Below, one piece after another: positions 26,882 through 35,252 of a stretch of DNA of 64,000 bases (its first letter is position 1; every line of letters starts with the position of its first letter). Source of the DNA: Clostridia bacterium (GTDB lineage Bacteria; Bacillota; Clostridia; CAKSNL01; HGM11501); assembly GCA_045545475.1 (NCBI GenBank), contig JAZQAZ010000014.1:14404-78403 (forward strand), written 5' to 3'. Both the position numbers and the translations under genes were made by a program. Under the pieces are notes generated by a model, which did not search any database, had not been told where the DNA came from, and was given only the letters and a program-made list of their open reading frames with translations.

Positions 26882-28026
26882 AAATTAAAATTCATCGTGG
26901 ACAAAATCAGATAGGCGGCTCTATAATTGAAGTATCAAGCGATAATGCCAGAATATTTTTGGATATTGGCATTGAACTGGACGAGGATAAAGAGATTGAA
27001 GTGCCAAAGATAGAAGGCTTGTTTTGCGGAACTAAAAACTGTGACGCTGTTATAATCACTCATTATCACTCAGACCATATAGGACTTGCGAATTATCTTC
27101 TTTCTGATATTCCTGTTTACATGGGAAATAAGGCATACAAGGTGATGAAAGCGGCCTATGATTACAGAGATATTGAAATGAATTTTACGCCCGACTTTAT
27201 TGAAGACGGAAAGATTATTCAGATTAAAGATATTAAAATAACGCCTGTTTCTTGTGACCATTCTGCTTTTGATTCGTATATGCTTTTGATAGAACACGGC
27301 GAAGAGAAAACCTTATATACGGGGGATTTCAGAGGAAACGGCAGAATGGATTTTGAAAAGATTATTGGAAAACTGCCATGTGTGGATAATTTGATTATTG
27401 AAGGAACAACACTTTCACGCAAAGATAATATGGAAAATATACAGGAAGAAAAGCTGGAAGATATTGCTGTAGAATATCTTGATAAGCATAAGGGACCTGC
27501 GTTTATTATGATGTCGGCTATGAATATAGATAGGGTTGTAACAGCTAAAAATATTGCAAAAAGAACAAACCGATTATTTTTGGAGGATATTTATACTGCC
27601 GATATTATGACATCAATAGGGATGGATATAGAAAATACAGGCGTGTTTATGACAGGCGGAGATAAGCAGTATGAAAAACTGCAAAGGTATCCCGACATAA
27701 AAATCGGCAAAAAAAGAATTGCAGAAACTCATTTTGTTATGTGCGTCAGAGCATCAATGAAAAACTATTTGTCTAAATTGAATGAGTTAATGTCCTTTGA
27801 AGATGGAGTGTTGTTCTATGGAATGTGGAAGGGGTATTTAGAAAGACCGGAAACAAAAGAGTTTATTGAGTTCATGGAAAGCAAAGGCGTGAAAGTTCAT
27901 ATTCTTCATACAAGTGGCCATGCTGATAGTATGACTATAAAAAGGTTGATCGAGGCTGTTAAGCCTGGAAAGATAATTCCGGTTCATACTGAAAATGCGA
28001 AATGGTTTGAAAACTATAAATATTAA
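26878..28026 (+). CDS. Stand-alone MBL/beta-CASP nuclease (RNase J/CPSF73-like core)
   Basis: QIGGS, LDIG, THYHSDH, DHS, YTGDFR, IEGT, HTSGHA and IPVHTE (His in motif C). ATGA overlap with the upstream gene. Confidence 0.88.
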   Translation: MKIKIHRGQNQIGGSIIEVSSDNARIFLDIGIELDEDKEIEVPKIEGLFCGTKNCDAVIITHYHSDHIGLANYLLSDIPVYMGNKAYKVMKAAYDYRDIEMNFTPDFIEDGKIIQIKDIKITPVSCDHSAFDSYMLLIEHGEEKTLYTGDFRGNGRMDFEKIIGKLPCVDNLIIEGTTLSRKDNMENIQEEKLEDIAVEYLDKHKGPAFIMMSAMNIDRVVTAKNIAKRTNRLFLEDIYTADIMTSIGMDIENTGVFMTGGDKQYEKLQRYPDIKIGKKRIAETHFVMCVRASMKNYLSKLNELMSFEDGVLFYGMWKGYLERPETKEFIEFMESKGVKVHILHTSGHADSMTIKRLIEAVKPGKIIPVHTENAKWFENYKY

Positions 28027-28090
28027 AGGCTTTCTTCATTATTAAAAGCCGCAGGCAACATTTCTGATAATGGAGCTAAGGGGAGAGGTA

Positions 28091-28693
28091 ATGACTGATT
28101 TGTTGAAAGAAAAAGCAAGCGAAATAATATCGTTGATTAATGATATTCCGGGAGTTAAAAATTGTACTCTTTACGGAAGCATTGCAAAAGATACATATGA
28201 TGAATTGTCAGATATTGACATAGAGATAGATGTTTCGGGGATGGATAACGGACTCTTTATGCTGAAAATTTCAGAGCTTCTCAAGGATAAAATGGATATT
28301 TATTATGCTGATTATGCTCCGAGCCTTGCTCCCGACAAATACATCGTGTCACTTGCAATTGATAAGGATAATCCGTTTCTTATTCTTGATTTGTGTATTG
28401 TTGCAAATCCCCACTGCACTACTGTTACGAAAGAAGATGTAATGGGTAAAAACGGAAAATACACTCATACATTAAAGCTGTGGACAGCAAACCTCAAGCA
28501 TTATGTAAGAGGGAATGAGTGCCTGAAAGATATTTTGAAGATGGCAAAGAAAATCGGGATAGAAGATGCAGAAGACAGAAAAGAAGCTGAACTGCTTTTG
28601 GAAACCTTGCACTATCTTGAGGCAAATGTTCCGAGCGGTCTTTCGGAAGTTGTGAAATCCTGCAGAATGGTTTTTGATAAATTGATGAAATAA
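28091..28693 (+). CDS. Pol-beta-superfamily nucleotidyltransferase domain protein
   Basis: LYGSIAKDTYDELSDIDIEID (GS...DxD), a third Asp in ILDL, and a helical C-terminal domain. Confidence 0.8.
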   Translation: MTDLLKEKASEIISLINDIPGVKNCTLYGSIAKDTYDELSDIDIEIDVSGMDNGLFMLKISELLKDKMDIYYADYAPSLAPDKYIVSLAIDKDNPFLILDLCIVANPHCTTVTKEDVMGKNGKYTHTLKLWTANLKHYVRGNECLKDILKMAKKIGIEDAEDRKEAELLLETLHYLEANVPSGLSEVVKSCRMVFDKLMK

Positions 28694-28696
28694 CAG

Positions 28697-29272
28697 GTGA
28701 AGAAAATGGAAAAGCAAAAAAAGAGCGGCCCCGCCATATTTATGTATATTGTTATCGGTATGACAGCCGTGGCATCTGCCGTCTGCCTTTATCTGTACTA
28801 TGGAGGAATTAATAAAAGCGATGCAATTCTCTGGGCAGGCATTGTGTCTTTTATGATAATGTATCATCTTTGGACAAGAATCATAATGGGGAATGTTTCA
28901 AAGCTTTTCAAAATAAATATGGATAATGCCTGGTTTTCGGAAAAGCCCTTTGAGAAAAAGCTCTATGAGCTATTGAGGGTTAAAAAGTGGAAAGATAAGG
29001 CTCTTACATACAATCCCGAAGCCTTTTCATTTAAGAAGCATACCCAGGAAGAAATCGTTTATGTTATGACAAAATCGGAAGTAGACCACTGGATAAACGA
29101 AATAATCTCACTTACAAGTATTTTGTTTTCCCTTATCTGGGGTAAGGCGTGGATATTTTGTATAACTGCAGCTTTAGCTATGATTTTTGATGCACAGTTC
29201 ATCATAATTCAGCGATATAACCGCCCCAGGCTTTTAAGAATTATTGAAAAGAAAAAAGGAAGAAGCATATGA
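28697..29272 (+). CDS. Membrane protein, CrtO (glycosyl-4,4'-diaponeurosporenoate acyltransferase)-like
   Basis: FEKKLYELLRVKKWKDK, KSEVDHW and IIIQRYNRPRL motifs; several TM helices. Confidence 0.65.
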   Translation: MKKMEKQKKSGPAIFMYIVIGMTAVASAVCLYLYYGGINKSDAILWAGIVSFMIMYHLWTRIIMGNVSKLFKINMDNAWFSEKPFEKKLYELLRVKKWKDKALTYNPEAFSFKKHTQEEIVYVMTKSEVDHWINEIISLTSILFSLIWGKAWIFCITAALAMIFDAQFIIIQRYNRPRLLRIIEKKKGRSI

Positions 29273-30201
29273 ACCTTTATTATGCACCCTTAGAGGGAAT
29301 AAGCCTTCGGGTTTTAAGGCGTGTACACAGCGAAGTTTTCGGCTATTGCGATGCTTATTTTGCACCTTTCATAAGCCCCGGAGACCAAGAACGGGTGAAC
29401 AGGAAAGGCATGAGGGATATTGCCCCGGAAGAGAATAAAGAAATAAAACCTAAAATTCAGGTGCTTACAGGGTGTGCAGAATCATTTCTGCGTTTTGCCG
29501 AAAATGTAAAAGCACTTGGCTATGATGAAATAAACATAAATATGGGTTGCCCCGTTCAGATGGTTACAAAAAAAGGAAGAGGCTCCGGTATTTTGAGAGA
29601 ACCGGAGGCCCTGGATAATTTCCTTTCAGAAATCTTTTCTATTAGTGACGTGAAAATTTCAATCAAGACCAGAATAGGCTTTTATTCAGCAGATGAACTA
29701 CCACGCCTTATTGAAATATTCAATAAATATCCCATTTCCGAGCTTATGGTTCATCCAAGAATCCGTGAACAGTTTTACAAAGGTGTGCCTGACATGGATG
29801 CTTTTTTATATGCATATAATAATTATAAAGGCAGGCTTTGCTATAACGGGGATATATGGAATAAAGAGGACTTTGACGCTATAGAGAATACATACCCTGA
29901 CCTTTCGGGTGTTATGATAGGTCGTGGAGCGGTTAAAAATCCCGCCATATTCAGAGAGATAAAGGGAGGAAAAGGTTTAAGCACAGAAGAACTTTGCACC
30001 TTTACCGAAAGAATGGCAAAAGAGTGGTATGAGGTATTGAAATCAGAAACCTACACTCTTTACAAGCTTAAGGAACTCTGGGGATATATGAGCCTCAATT
30101 TTCCGGATGAAAAGAAGATAACAAAGGCAATTAAAAAGGCATCAAAACCAGATGAACTTATCGGACTTGCAAAATTATTACCTGACATAAAGAAAGGCTG
30201 A
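29269..30201 (+). CDS. tRNA-dihydrouridine synthase family protein
   Basis: APLEG, ININMGCP, GSGIL, ISIKTRIG, VHPR, YNGDI, VMIGRG. Confidence 0.9.
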   Translation: MNLYYAPLEGISLRVLRRVHSEVFGYCDAYFAPFISPGDQERVNRKGMRDIAPEENKEIKPKIQVLTGCAESFLRFAENVKALGYDEININMGCPVQMVTKKGRGSGILREPEALDNFLSEIFSISDVKISIKTRIGFYSADELPRLIEIFNKYPISELMVHPRIREQFYKGVPDMDAFLYAYNNYKGRLCYNGDIWNKEDFDAIENTYPDLSGVMIGRGAVKNPAIFREIKGGKGLSTEELCTFTERMAKEWYEVLKSETYTLYKLKELWGYMSLNFPDEKKITKAIKKASKPDELIGLAKLLPDIKKG

Positions 30202-30205
30202 TTAT

Positions 30206-30733
30206 ATGAATGCGATTGTAATTTATAAAACCAAATACGGAAGCACGAAAACTTATGCCGAATGGATAGCGGAGGAGCTTTCCTGCGACATTAAAGAGGC
30301 AAGGGATGTGAAGGCTGACGACCTGCTTAAGTACGACACCATAATTTACGGCGGTGGGCTTTACGCCGAAATAATCAACGGCGTGTCGCTTATTACCAAA
30401 AATTATGAAAAGCTTAAAGATAAAAAGCTTATTGTATACACAACGGGAATTACCCCGCCTGACTGCAGAGAGTATTATGACGGCGAAGTAATTGAAAAGA
30501 ATTTCAAAAACGGACTCGGCAACATAAAGGTGTATAATTATCTTGGTAAAATGATTTTGGATGAGCTTACTCCCGTACACCGTATGGCAATAAAAACCCT
30601 TAAAAAGATAATGAGTGCCAAGGAAAATCCCAGAGAAATAGAAAAGCTTTTAATAAAGCTTTGCGACACCTTTGGGGATTTTACGGATAAAAAGGCTATA
30701 GGCGATCTTATAGAATATGCAAAAGCGGAGTGA
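30206..30733 (+). CDS. Flavodoxin-domain protein (HemG-like)
   Basis: YKTKYGSTKTYAEWIA and YDTIIYGGGLYA. Confidence 0.85.
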   Translation: MNAIVIYKTKYGSTKTYAEWIAEELSCDIKEARDVKADDLLKYDTIIYGGGLYAEIINGVSLITKNYEKLKDKKLIVYTTGITPPDCREYYDGEVIEKNFKNGLGNIKVYNYLGKMILDELTPVHRMAIKTLKKIMSAKENPREIEKLLIKLCDTFGDFTDKKAIGDLIEYAKAE

Positions 30734-30737
30734 TGAA

Positions 30738-31361
30738 ATGAAATTTATATTTGATATGGATGGCACGCTTATAGACTCTATGGATGCCTACGGCGGTGCG
30801 ATGGTAAGATTTCTTGACGACAACAAAATAGAATATCCTTCCGATATAGTTAAGATAATAACGCCTCTTGGCTTTAAGGGCTCGGCAAAGTATTTTCTGA
30901 CCCTGGGTGCGAAAAAAACAATTAATGAAATGCTTGCGGATTTTACGGAGTATATGATAGAGCCCTACACGAAAACAATCCCTGAAAAGGAAGGGGTAAC
31001 GGAGACGCTTTTAAGGCTTAAAAAGGAAGGTCATTCATTAAATGTACTTACCGCAAGCCCCCACGTTACGCTTGACCCCTGCCTTAAAAGGCTGGGCCTT
31101 TTTGACCTTTTTGAAAACGTATGGTCATGCGACGATTTTGGTATGACAAAATCTGAACCGGAAATCTACGTTGAGGCGGCAAGAAGGCTTGGCACAACGG
31201 TTTCTGAGTGTATATTCATTGACGATAATGTAAACGCCGTTAAAACCGCAAAGGAAGCGGGAATGCACGCCTGGGGCATTTACGATAAGTCCTCGGATTC
31301 CTATGTGGATGAAATGAAAGAAATTGCAGAACGATATATATACACATTTTCAGAAATATAG
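30738..31361 (+). CDS. HAD-family phosphatase
   Basis: FDMDGTL, LTAS, KSEPEIY and FIDD motifs. Confidence 0.9.
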   Translation: MKFIFDMDGTLIDSMDAYGGAMVRFLDDNKIEYPSDIVKIITPLGFKGSAKYFLTLGAKKTINEMLADFTEYMIEPYTKTIPEKEGVTETLLRLKKEGHSLNVLTASPHVTLDPCLKRLGLFDLFENVWSCDDFGMTKSEPEIYVEAARRLGTTVSECIFIDDNVNAVKTAKEAGMHAWGIYDKSSDSYVDEMKEIAERYIYTFSEI

Positions 31362-31376
31362 AAAAGAGGTATAAAG

Positions 31377-33260
31377 ATGAAAAGAAAGCTTTACGTTCCG
31401 CTTATGAACAAAGCGGTAACTGAAGAAACAAGGGAAACCTATCTTGATATGCTGAAAAAATGCGGAGCAGACACCATATTTCTCGCCAGCGGAGACAGAA
31501 CGAATTTTTATACAGACGGCGAGGGAACGGCAAATCTTGAATCAAACATAAAATATTTTGAAGATAAGGGTTATGAGGTTGGCGTATGGATAACATCCCT
31601 CGGCTACGGAACTCCCATTGCGCCGAAATACATTCCTTATATAAAGGATTATACAAAAGTTAAGGGCGTAGAAACTATATGCTACGGTGATGGCTTTTGT
31701 CCCGAAGATGAGGCTTATATGGAAAAGTATCTCGCCTGGGTGGACAGGATTGTTAAAAAAGGCGTTAAGCTTCTTATGATAGATGATGAGCTTTGCCTTT
31801 CTGCAAGACCGGGACTTGGATGCTTCTGCGATAAGCATATAAAGCTTATGGAGGATGCACTCGGCGAAAGCTTGGAGGGGAAGGACCTTAAGGAACTTTT
31901 CTTTACGGGAAAGACAAACCGCTACAGAAAGGTATGGGAAAAAACCGTTGGCGACACGCTCCGCAATTTTGCGAAAAAGGTGCGTGCAAAGGTAGACGAA
32001 ACGGATAAAAATATTCGTGTGGGCTTTTGTGCAGGCTACACCTCCTGGGACATTGAGGGAGTTGATGCCCTTGAACTTACAAAAATCCTTGCAGGGGACA
32101 ATGCACCGTTCCTTCGTTTTACGGGAGCGCCTTACTGGATTTCAAAGTGGCTTAACAAGTTTCCGGGGCAAAACCTTTCAAGCGTTTGTGAAATGGCAAG
32201 AATGCAGGAGGGGTGGAGCAGAGGAAGCGGCGTTGAAGTTTTCGCCGAGGCGGACTCATACCCACGCCCCAGATATATGATTCCCGCAAGCTATCTTGAG
32301 TGCTTTGACGCAGCTGTTACCGCAAGCGGAAATATGGGACAGCTTAAATATATGTTTGACTATTATGCATCGCCCGAATATGAAACAGGCTATATGAAGC
32401 GTCATATTAAAAACAAACCGCTTTATGCATTTTTGGAGGAGCATTTTGCCGATAAAAAAGCATACGGCGTAAAGGTGTATGAGAAAATCCATAAGTTTAC
32501 TGATATGACCTTGCCCAAGCGCTATACAAATTCTGCAGACCTTATGAAGCGCTCACTTTCTCCTGCATCATCAATGCTGGCGTTTCTGGGTGTGCCCACG
32601 GTTTATGCCGAGGACAGCGAATGTGCCATTGCCTTCGGAGAAAATGTAAAGGCGATAGAGAAAATGCCAAAGAAGCTTATTCTTGATATAACCGGTGCAA
32701 AAATCCTTAAAGAGCAGGGGATTGATACGGGCATTGAAAGCCTTACACCGATGGACGTTCCTACCCATATGATTTGCGGAAAGGTAAGAACTACACTTAC
32801 CAATCCCTGGGCAGAGTATTATAACCTTAACCTTAAAAAAGGCACAGAGGTTAAATATTACTTTGAAGCACAGGATAAAGTTTTTCCCGGTGCATACACC
32901 TATAAAAACGGAGATACTGAATTTTTGGTATTCTCCTTTGACGGATTTATAAATAAGTACGACAGCGGACTTTTTACATCCTACATCCAGGAAAAGACCG
33001 TAAAGGATTTCCTTGGCGATGAGTTTTGCTATATAAGAAAAGAGCCTGCGGTTTATCAGATTTGTAAGCGTGACGAAGACGAAACAGCCGTATTTTTTGA
33101 AAACCTGTGGGAGGATAGTCTCTTCGATTTTGAAATTGAGCTCGATAGGGAGTATAAAGAAGTTTCCTTCTTCGGCGCAGAGGGAATTCTCTGCGGCAAA
33201 AAAATAAAAATAACAAGTGAGATTGCACCCTACGGTATGTTTGCAGTGGTATTAAAGTAA
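31377..33260 (+). CDS. Hypothetical cytoplasmic protein, probably glycoside-hydrolase-like
   Basis: 627 aa. Alternating alpha/beta N-terminal half with FCPED...MIDDE...GCFCDKH and AEADSYPRPRY; beta-rich C-terminus. Family not confidently recognised. Confidence 0.45.
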   Translation: MKRKLYVPLMNKAVTEETRETYLDMLKKCGADTIFLASGDRTNFYTDGEGTANLESNIKYFEDKGYEVGVWITSLGYGTPIAPKYIPYIKDYTKVKGVETICYGDGFCPEDEAYMEKYLAWVDRIVKKGVKLLMIDDELCLSARPGLGCFCDKHIKLMEDALGESLEGKDLKELFFTGKTNRYRKVWEKTVGDTLRNFAKKVRAKVDETDKNIRVGFCAGYTSWDIEGVDALELTKILAGDNAPFLRFTGAPYWISKWLNKFPGQNLSSVCEMARMQEGWSRGSGVEVFAEADSYPRPRYMIPASYLECFDAAVTASGNMGQLKYMFDYYASPEYETGYMKRHIKNKPLYAFLEEHFADKKAYGVKVYEKIHKFTDMTLPKRYTNSADLMKRSLSPASSMLAFLGVPTVYAEDSECAIAFGENVKAIEKMPKKLILDITGAKILKEQGIDTGIESLTPMDVPTHMICGKVRTTLTNPWAEYYNLNLKKGTEVKYYFEAQDKVFPGAYTYKNGDTEFLVFSFDGFINKYDSGLFTSYIQEKTVKDFLGDEFCYIRKEPAVYQICKRDEDETAVFFENLWEDSLFDFEIELDREYKEVSFFGAEGILCGKKIKITSEIAPYGMFAVVLK

Positions 33261-33293
33261 AAAAGAGTGTTCGCCGAAGCGAACACTCTTTTT
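33260..33293. terminator. Bidirectional terminator
   Basis: aaaaagagtgttcgc-cgaa-gcgaacactcttttt. Confidence 0.9.
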
Positions 33294-33393
33294 ATTTTAT
33301 TATATTTCCCATCATGGCAACAGCCCAGCGGGCGAAAATTATTAAAACGATAATTAAAATGATGTATAAATACATTTTCTTTTTCTTATCCAT
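33292..33393 (-). CDS. 33-aa single-TM small protein (below the ORF-track cutoff)
   Basis: AAGGAG-7nt-ATG. MDKKKKMYLYIILIIVLIIFARWAVAMMGNIIK*. Fills the gap between the GH13 stop and the terminator. Confidence 0.7.
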   Translation of the reverse strand: MDKKKKMYLYIILIIVLIIFARWAVAMMGNIIK

Positions 33394-33394
33394 A

Positions 33395-35194
33395 TTATTT
33401 CTCCTTGTATAATGCGAAGTTATCGCCTGAAATTATAATTTCCTTTCCCTCTGTCATATCTCTAACATCATTTCCTACATAAGCGTAAAGTTTCTCGGAA
33501 TCGGTCATACGTTCCATTAATAAGCTTTTGTCATCCATGGTGATAAAGCGGGTATCGCCAAGTCTTAAAGCAATATGTGAGTTTTTTATTTCGGCAAGAA
33601 CTTTGAAAAAATCAAGTATTTCAGAGTTTTCCTTGCCCCAGGGATAAAATGCACGGTTAAAGGGGTCTTCAAATCCCTCCATTCCGGCTTCGTCACCGTA
33701 GTATATACAGGGACAACCGGGAAGACAAAACTGCAAAAATGCTGCAGTTTTAAGACGCTGTATGGCTTTTTCTTTCATTTCACCGGAAAGGCGGAAGAAA
33801 GCTCTTTCTTCTCTTTTCTCCATATAAGGAGCGTCCGATAAAAGGGTTAAAATTCTTGGCGTGTCGTGGGTTGACAGGTTGTTCATCAAAGCGTCTAAAA
33901 CGTCCTTGGGATAATTTTCGCATATGGTCATAACCGATGCGGCAAAATCCTTTGCACACATATTTCCCTTGACAAATGAAAGTATGGCATCCCTGAAAGG
34001 ATAGTTCATAACCGAATCAAGCTCCGGTGCAGTAAAATAGCGTCGCCTTACGCTGTAGCTTATTTTGTTTGAGGCATCCTCCCACACTTCGCCCAATACT
34101 AAAGCATCAGGATTTATCTCTTTTACTCTTTTTCTTAGCTTTATAATAAATTCATCGGGAAGCTCGTCCGCTACGTCCAAACGGAAGCCGTCAGCACCCA
34201 AAGTGAGCCAATGAGCAACTACGCTGTCAGAATCTTCTATTATATAATTAAGGAAGGATTCGGAAAGCTCGTTTACGCAAGGCAATGTGTCGATACCCCA
34301 CCATGATGTGTAGGAATCGGGATAATTATTGAACTGATACCAGTCTTTATAAGGGGAGTCAGGATTATGATATGCTCCCATACCATATCGATTGTATTTG
34401 TCAAAATATATGCTGTCACATCCTGTATGGGAAAATACGCCGTCAAGAAGTATTTTTATTCCAAGTTTGTGTGCCTTTTCGCAAAGAAGCTTAAAATCCT
34501 CTTCTGTTCCCAGAAGCGGATCTATCTTCTTGTAGTCCGAGGTATCGTAGCGGTGGTTGGAATACGCCGAAAAAATTGGGTTTAAGTAAATTACGCCTAC
34601 TCCTAAATCCTTAAGATAGGGGAGCTTTTTTATTATGCCTTCTATGTTCCCGCCAAAAAAGTCGTTATTTTGAATTATGCCCTTTTCATCGGGAAGAAAA
34701 ACCGGAATGTCTCCTTCGTCATCGTGTAGATGATAGGGAGTTTTCTTATCCTCGGCAGAAAGAATTCTTTCCTTATAAAAACGGTCGGGAAAAATCTGAT
34801 AATAAACCCTGCCTTTGAAGCAGGAAGGCACAGTGAAATCTGAAGGAATGCAAGATAACTGCCAGGATGCGCCTTCTTCCATATTGGTGTCACTATCGCC
34901 GCATTTATAAAGGTGGAAGGTTGAACATTCCGTCTCTATTAAAAAGTGGTAAAAGTAAAGCCCTGTCTTATAAAGAGAAAAGGTTTCGGAGTAGTACTCG
35001 TAGGAATTTTCCTTTTTTATGCATGAGAGTGGAAGTGTTAATTTCATTCCCTCGTCTGATTCTATTAAAAGATATGCCCTTTTGGTTTTACAACTTTCGG
35101 GAATGTGTATGGAAATGGTACACTCCTCGTTCTTCTTAAGGCAACCGAAGGGCTTTTTATGAAGTTCTGATTTACTGTCGTATAAAATGCGCAT
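33395..35194 (-). CDS. GH13 amylopullulanase/neopullulanase-type glycogen debranching enzyme
   Basis: YQIFPDRF, NHRYDT, DGVFSH, GFRLDVADE, GEVWED, THDT, YYGDE. Confidence 0.92.
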   Translation of the reverse strand: MRILYDSKSELHKKPFGCLKKNEECTISIHIPESCKTKRAYLLIESDEGMKLTLPLSCIKKENSYEYYSETFSLYKTGLYFYHFLIETECSTFHLYKCGDSDTNMEEGASWQLSCIPSDFTVPSCFKGRVYYQIFPDRFYKERILSAEDKKTPYHLHDDEGDIPVFLPDEKGIIQNNDFFGGNIEGIIKKLPYLKDLGVGVIYLNPIFSAYSNHRYDTSDYKKIDPLLGTEEDFKLLCEKAHKLGIKILLDGVFSHTGCDSIYFDKYNRYGMGAYHNPDSPYKDWYQFNNYPDSYTSWWGIDTLPCVNELSESFLNYIIEDSDSVVAHWLTLGADGFRLDVADELPDEFIIKLRKRVKEINPDALVLGEVWEDASNKISYSVRRRYFTAPELDSVMNYPFRDAILSFVKGNMCAKDFAASVMTICENYPKDVLDALMNNLSTHDTPRILTLLSDAPYMEKREERAFFRLSGEMKEKAIQRLKTAAFLQFCLPGCPCIYYGDEAGMEGFEDPFNRAFYPWGKENSEILDFFKVLAEIKNSHIALRLGDTRFITMDDKSLLMERMTDSEKLYAYVGNDVRDMTEGKEIIISGDNFALYKEK

Positions 35195-35210
35195 GTTTTA
35201 CCTACCTTCA

Positions 35211-35243
35211 TTAAGGCACACAGGAAAATCCTGTGTGCCTTAA
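35211..35243. other. Perfect 15-bp-arm intercistronic stem-loop between glgP and the GH13 gene
   Basis: ttaaggcacacagga-aaa-tcctgtgtgccttaa. No U tract follows on the transcribed (minus) strand. Confidence 0.75.
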
Positions 35244-35252
35244 AAATTAGTT

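Noticed and set aside
26878-28026. Metallo-beta-lactamase resistance gene or housekeeping RNase J
   Set aside because: beta-CASP motifs and no signal peptide argue against a beta-lactamase. It is too short for canonical RNase J and lacks its C-terminal domain.
25480-33260. Intact ICE/IME integrated at the rlmD 3' end
   Set aside because: No integrase, serine recombinase or relaxase, and I found no duplicated rlmD 3' end by eye. It is at most a fixed islet; an alignment is needed to exclude a short att repeat.
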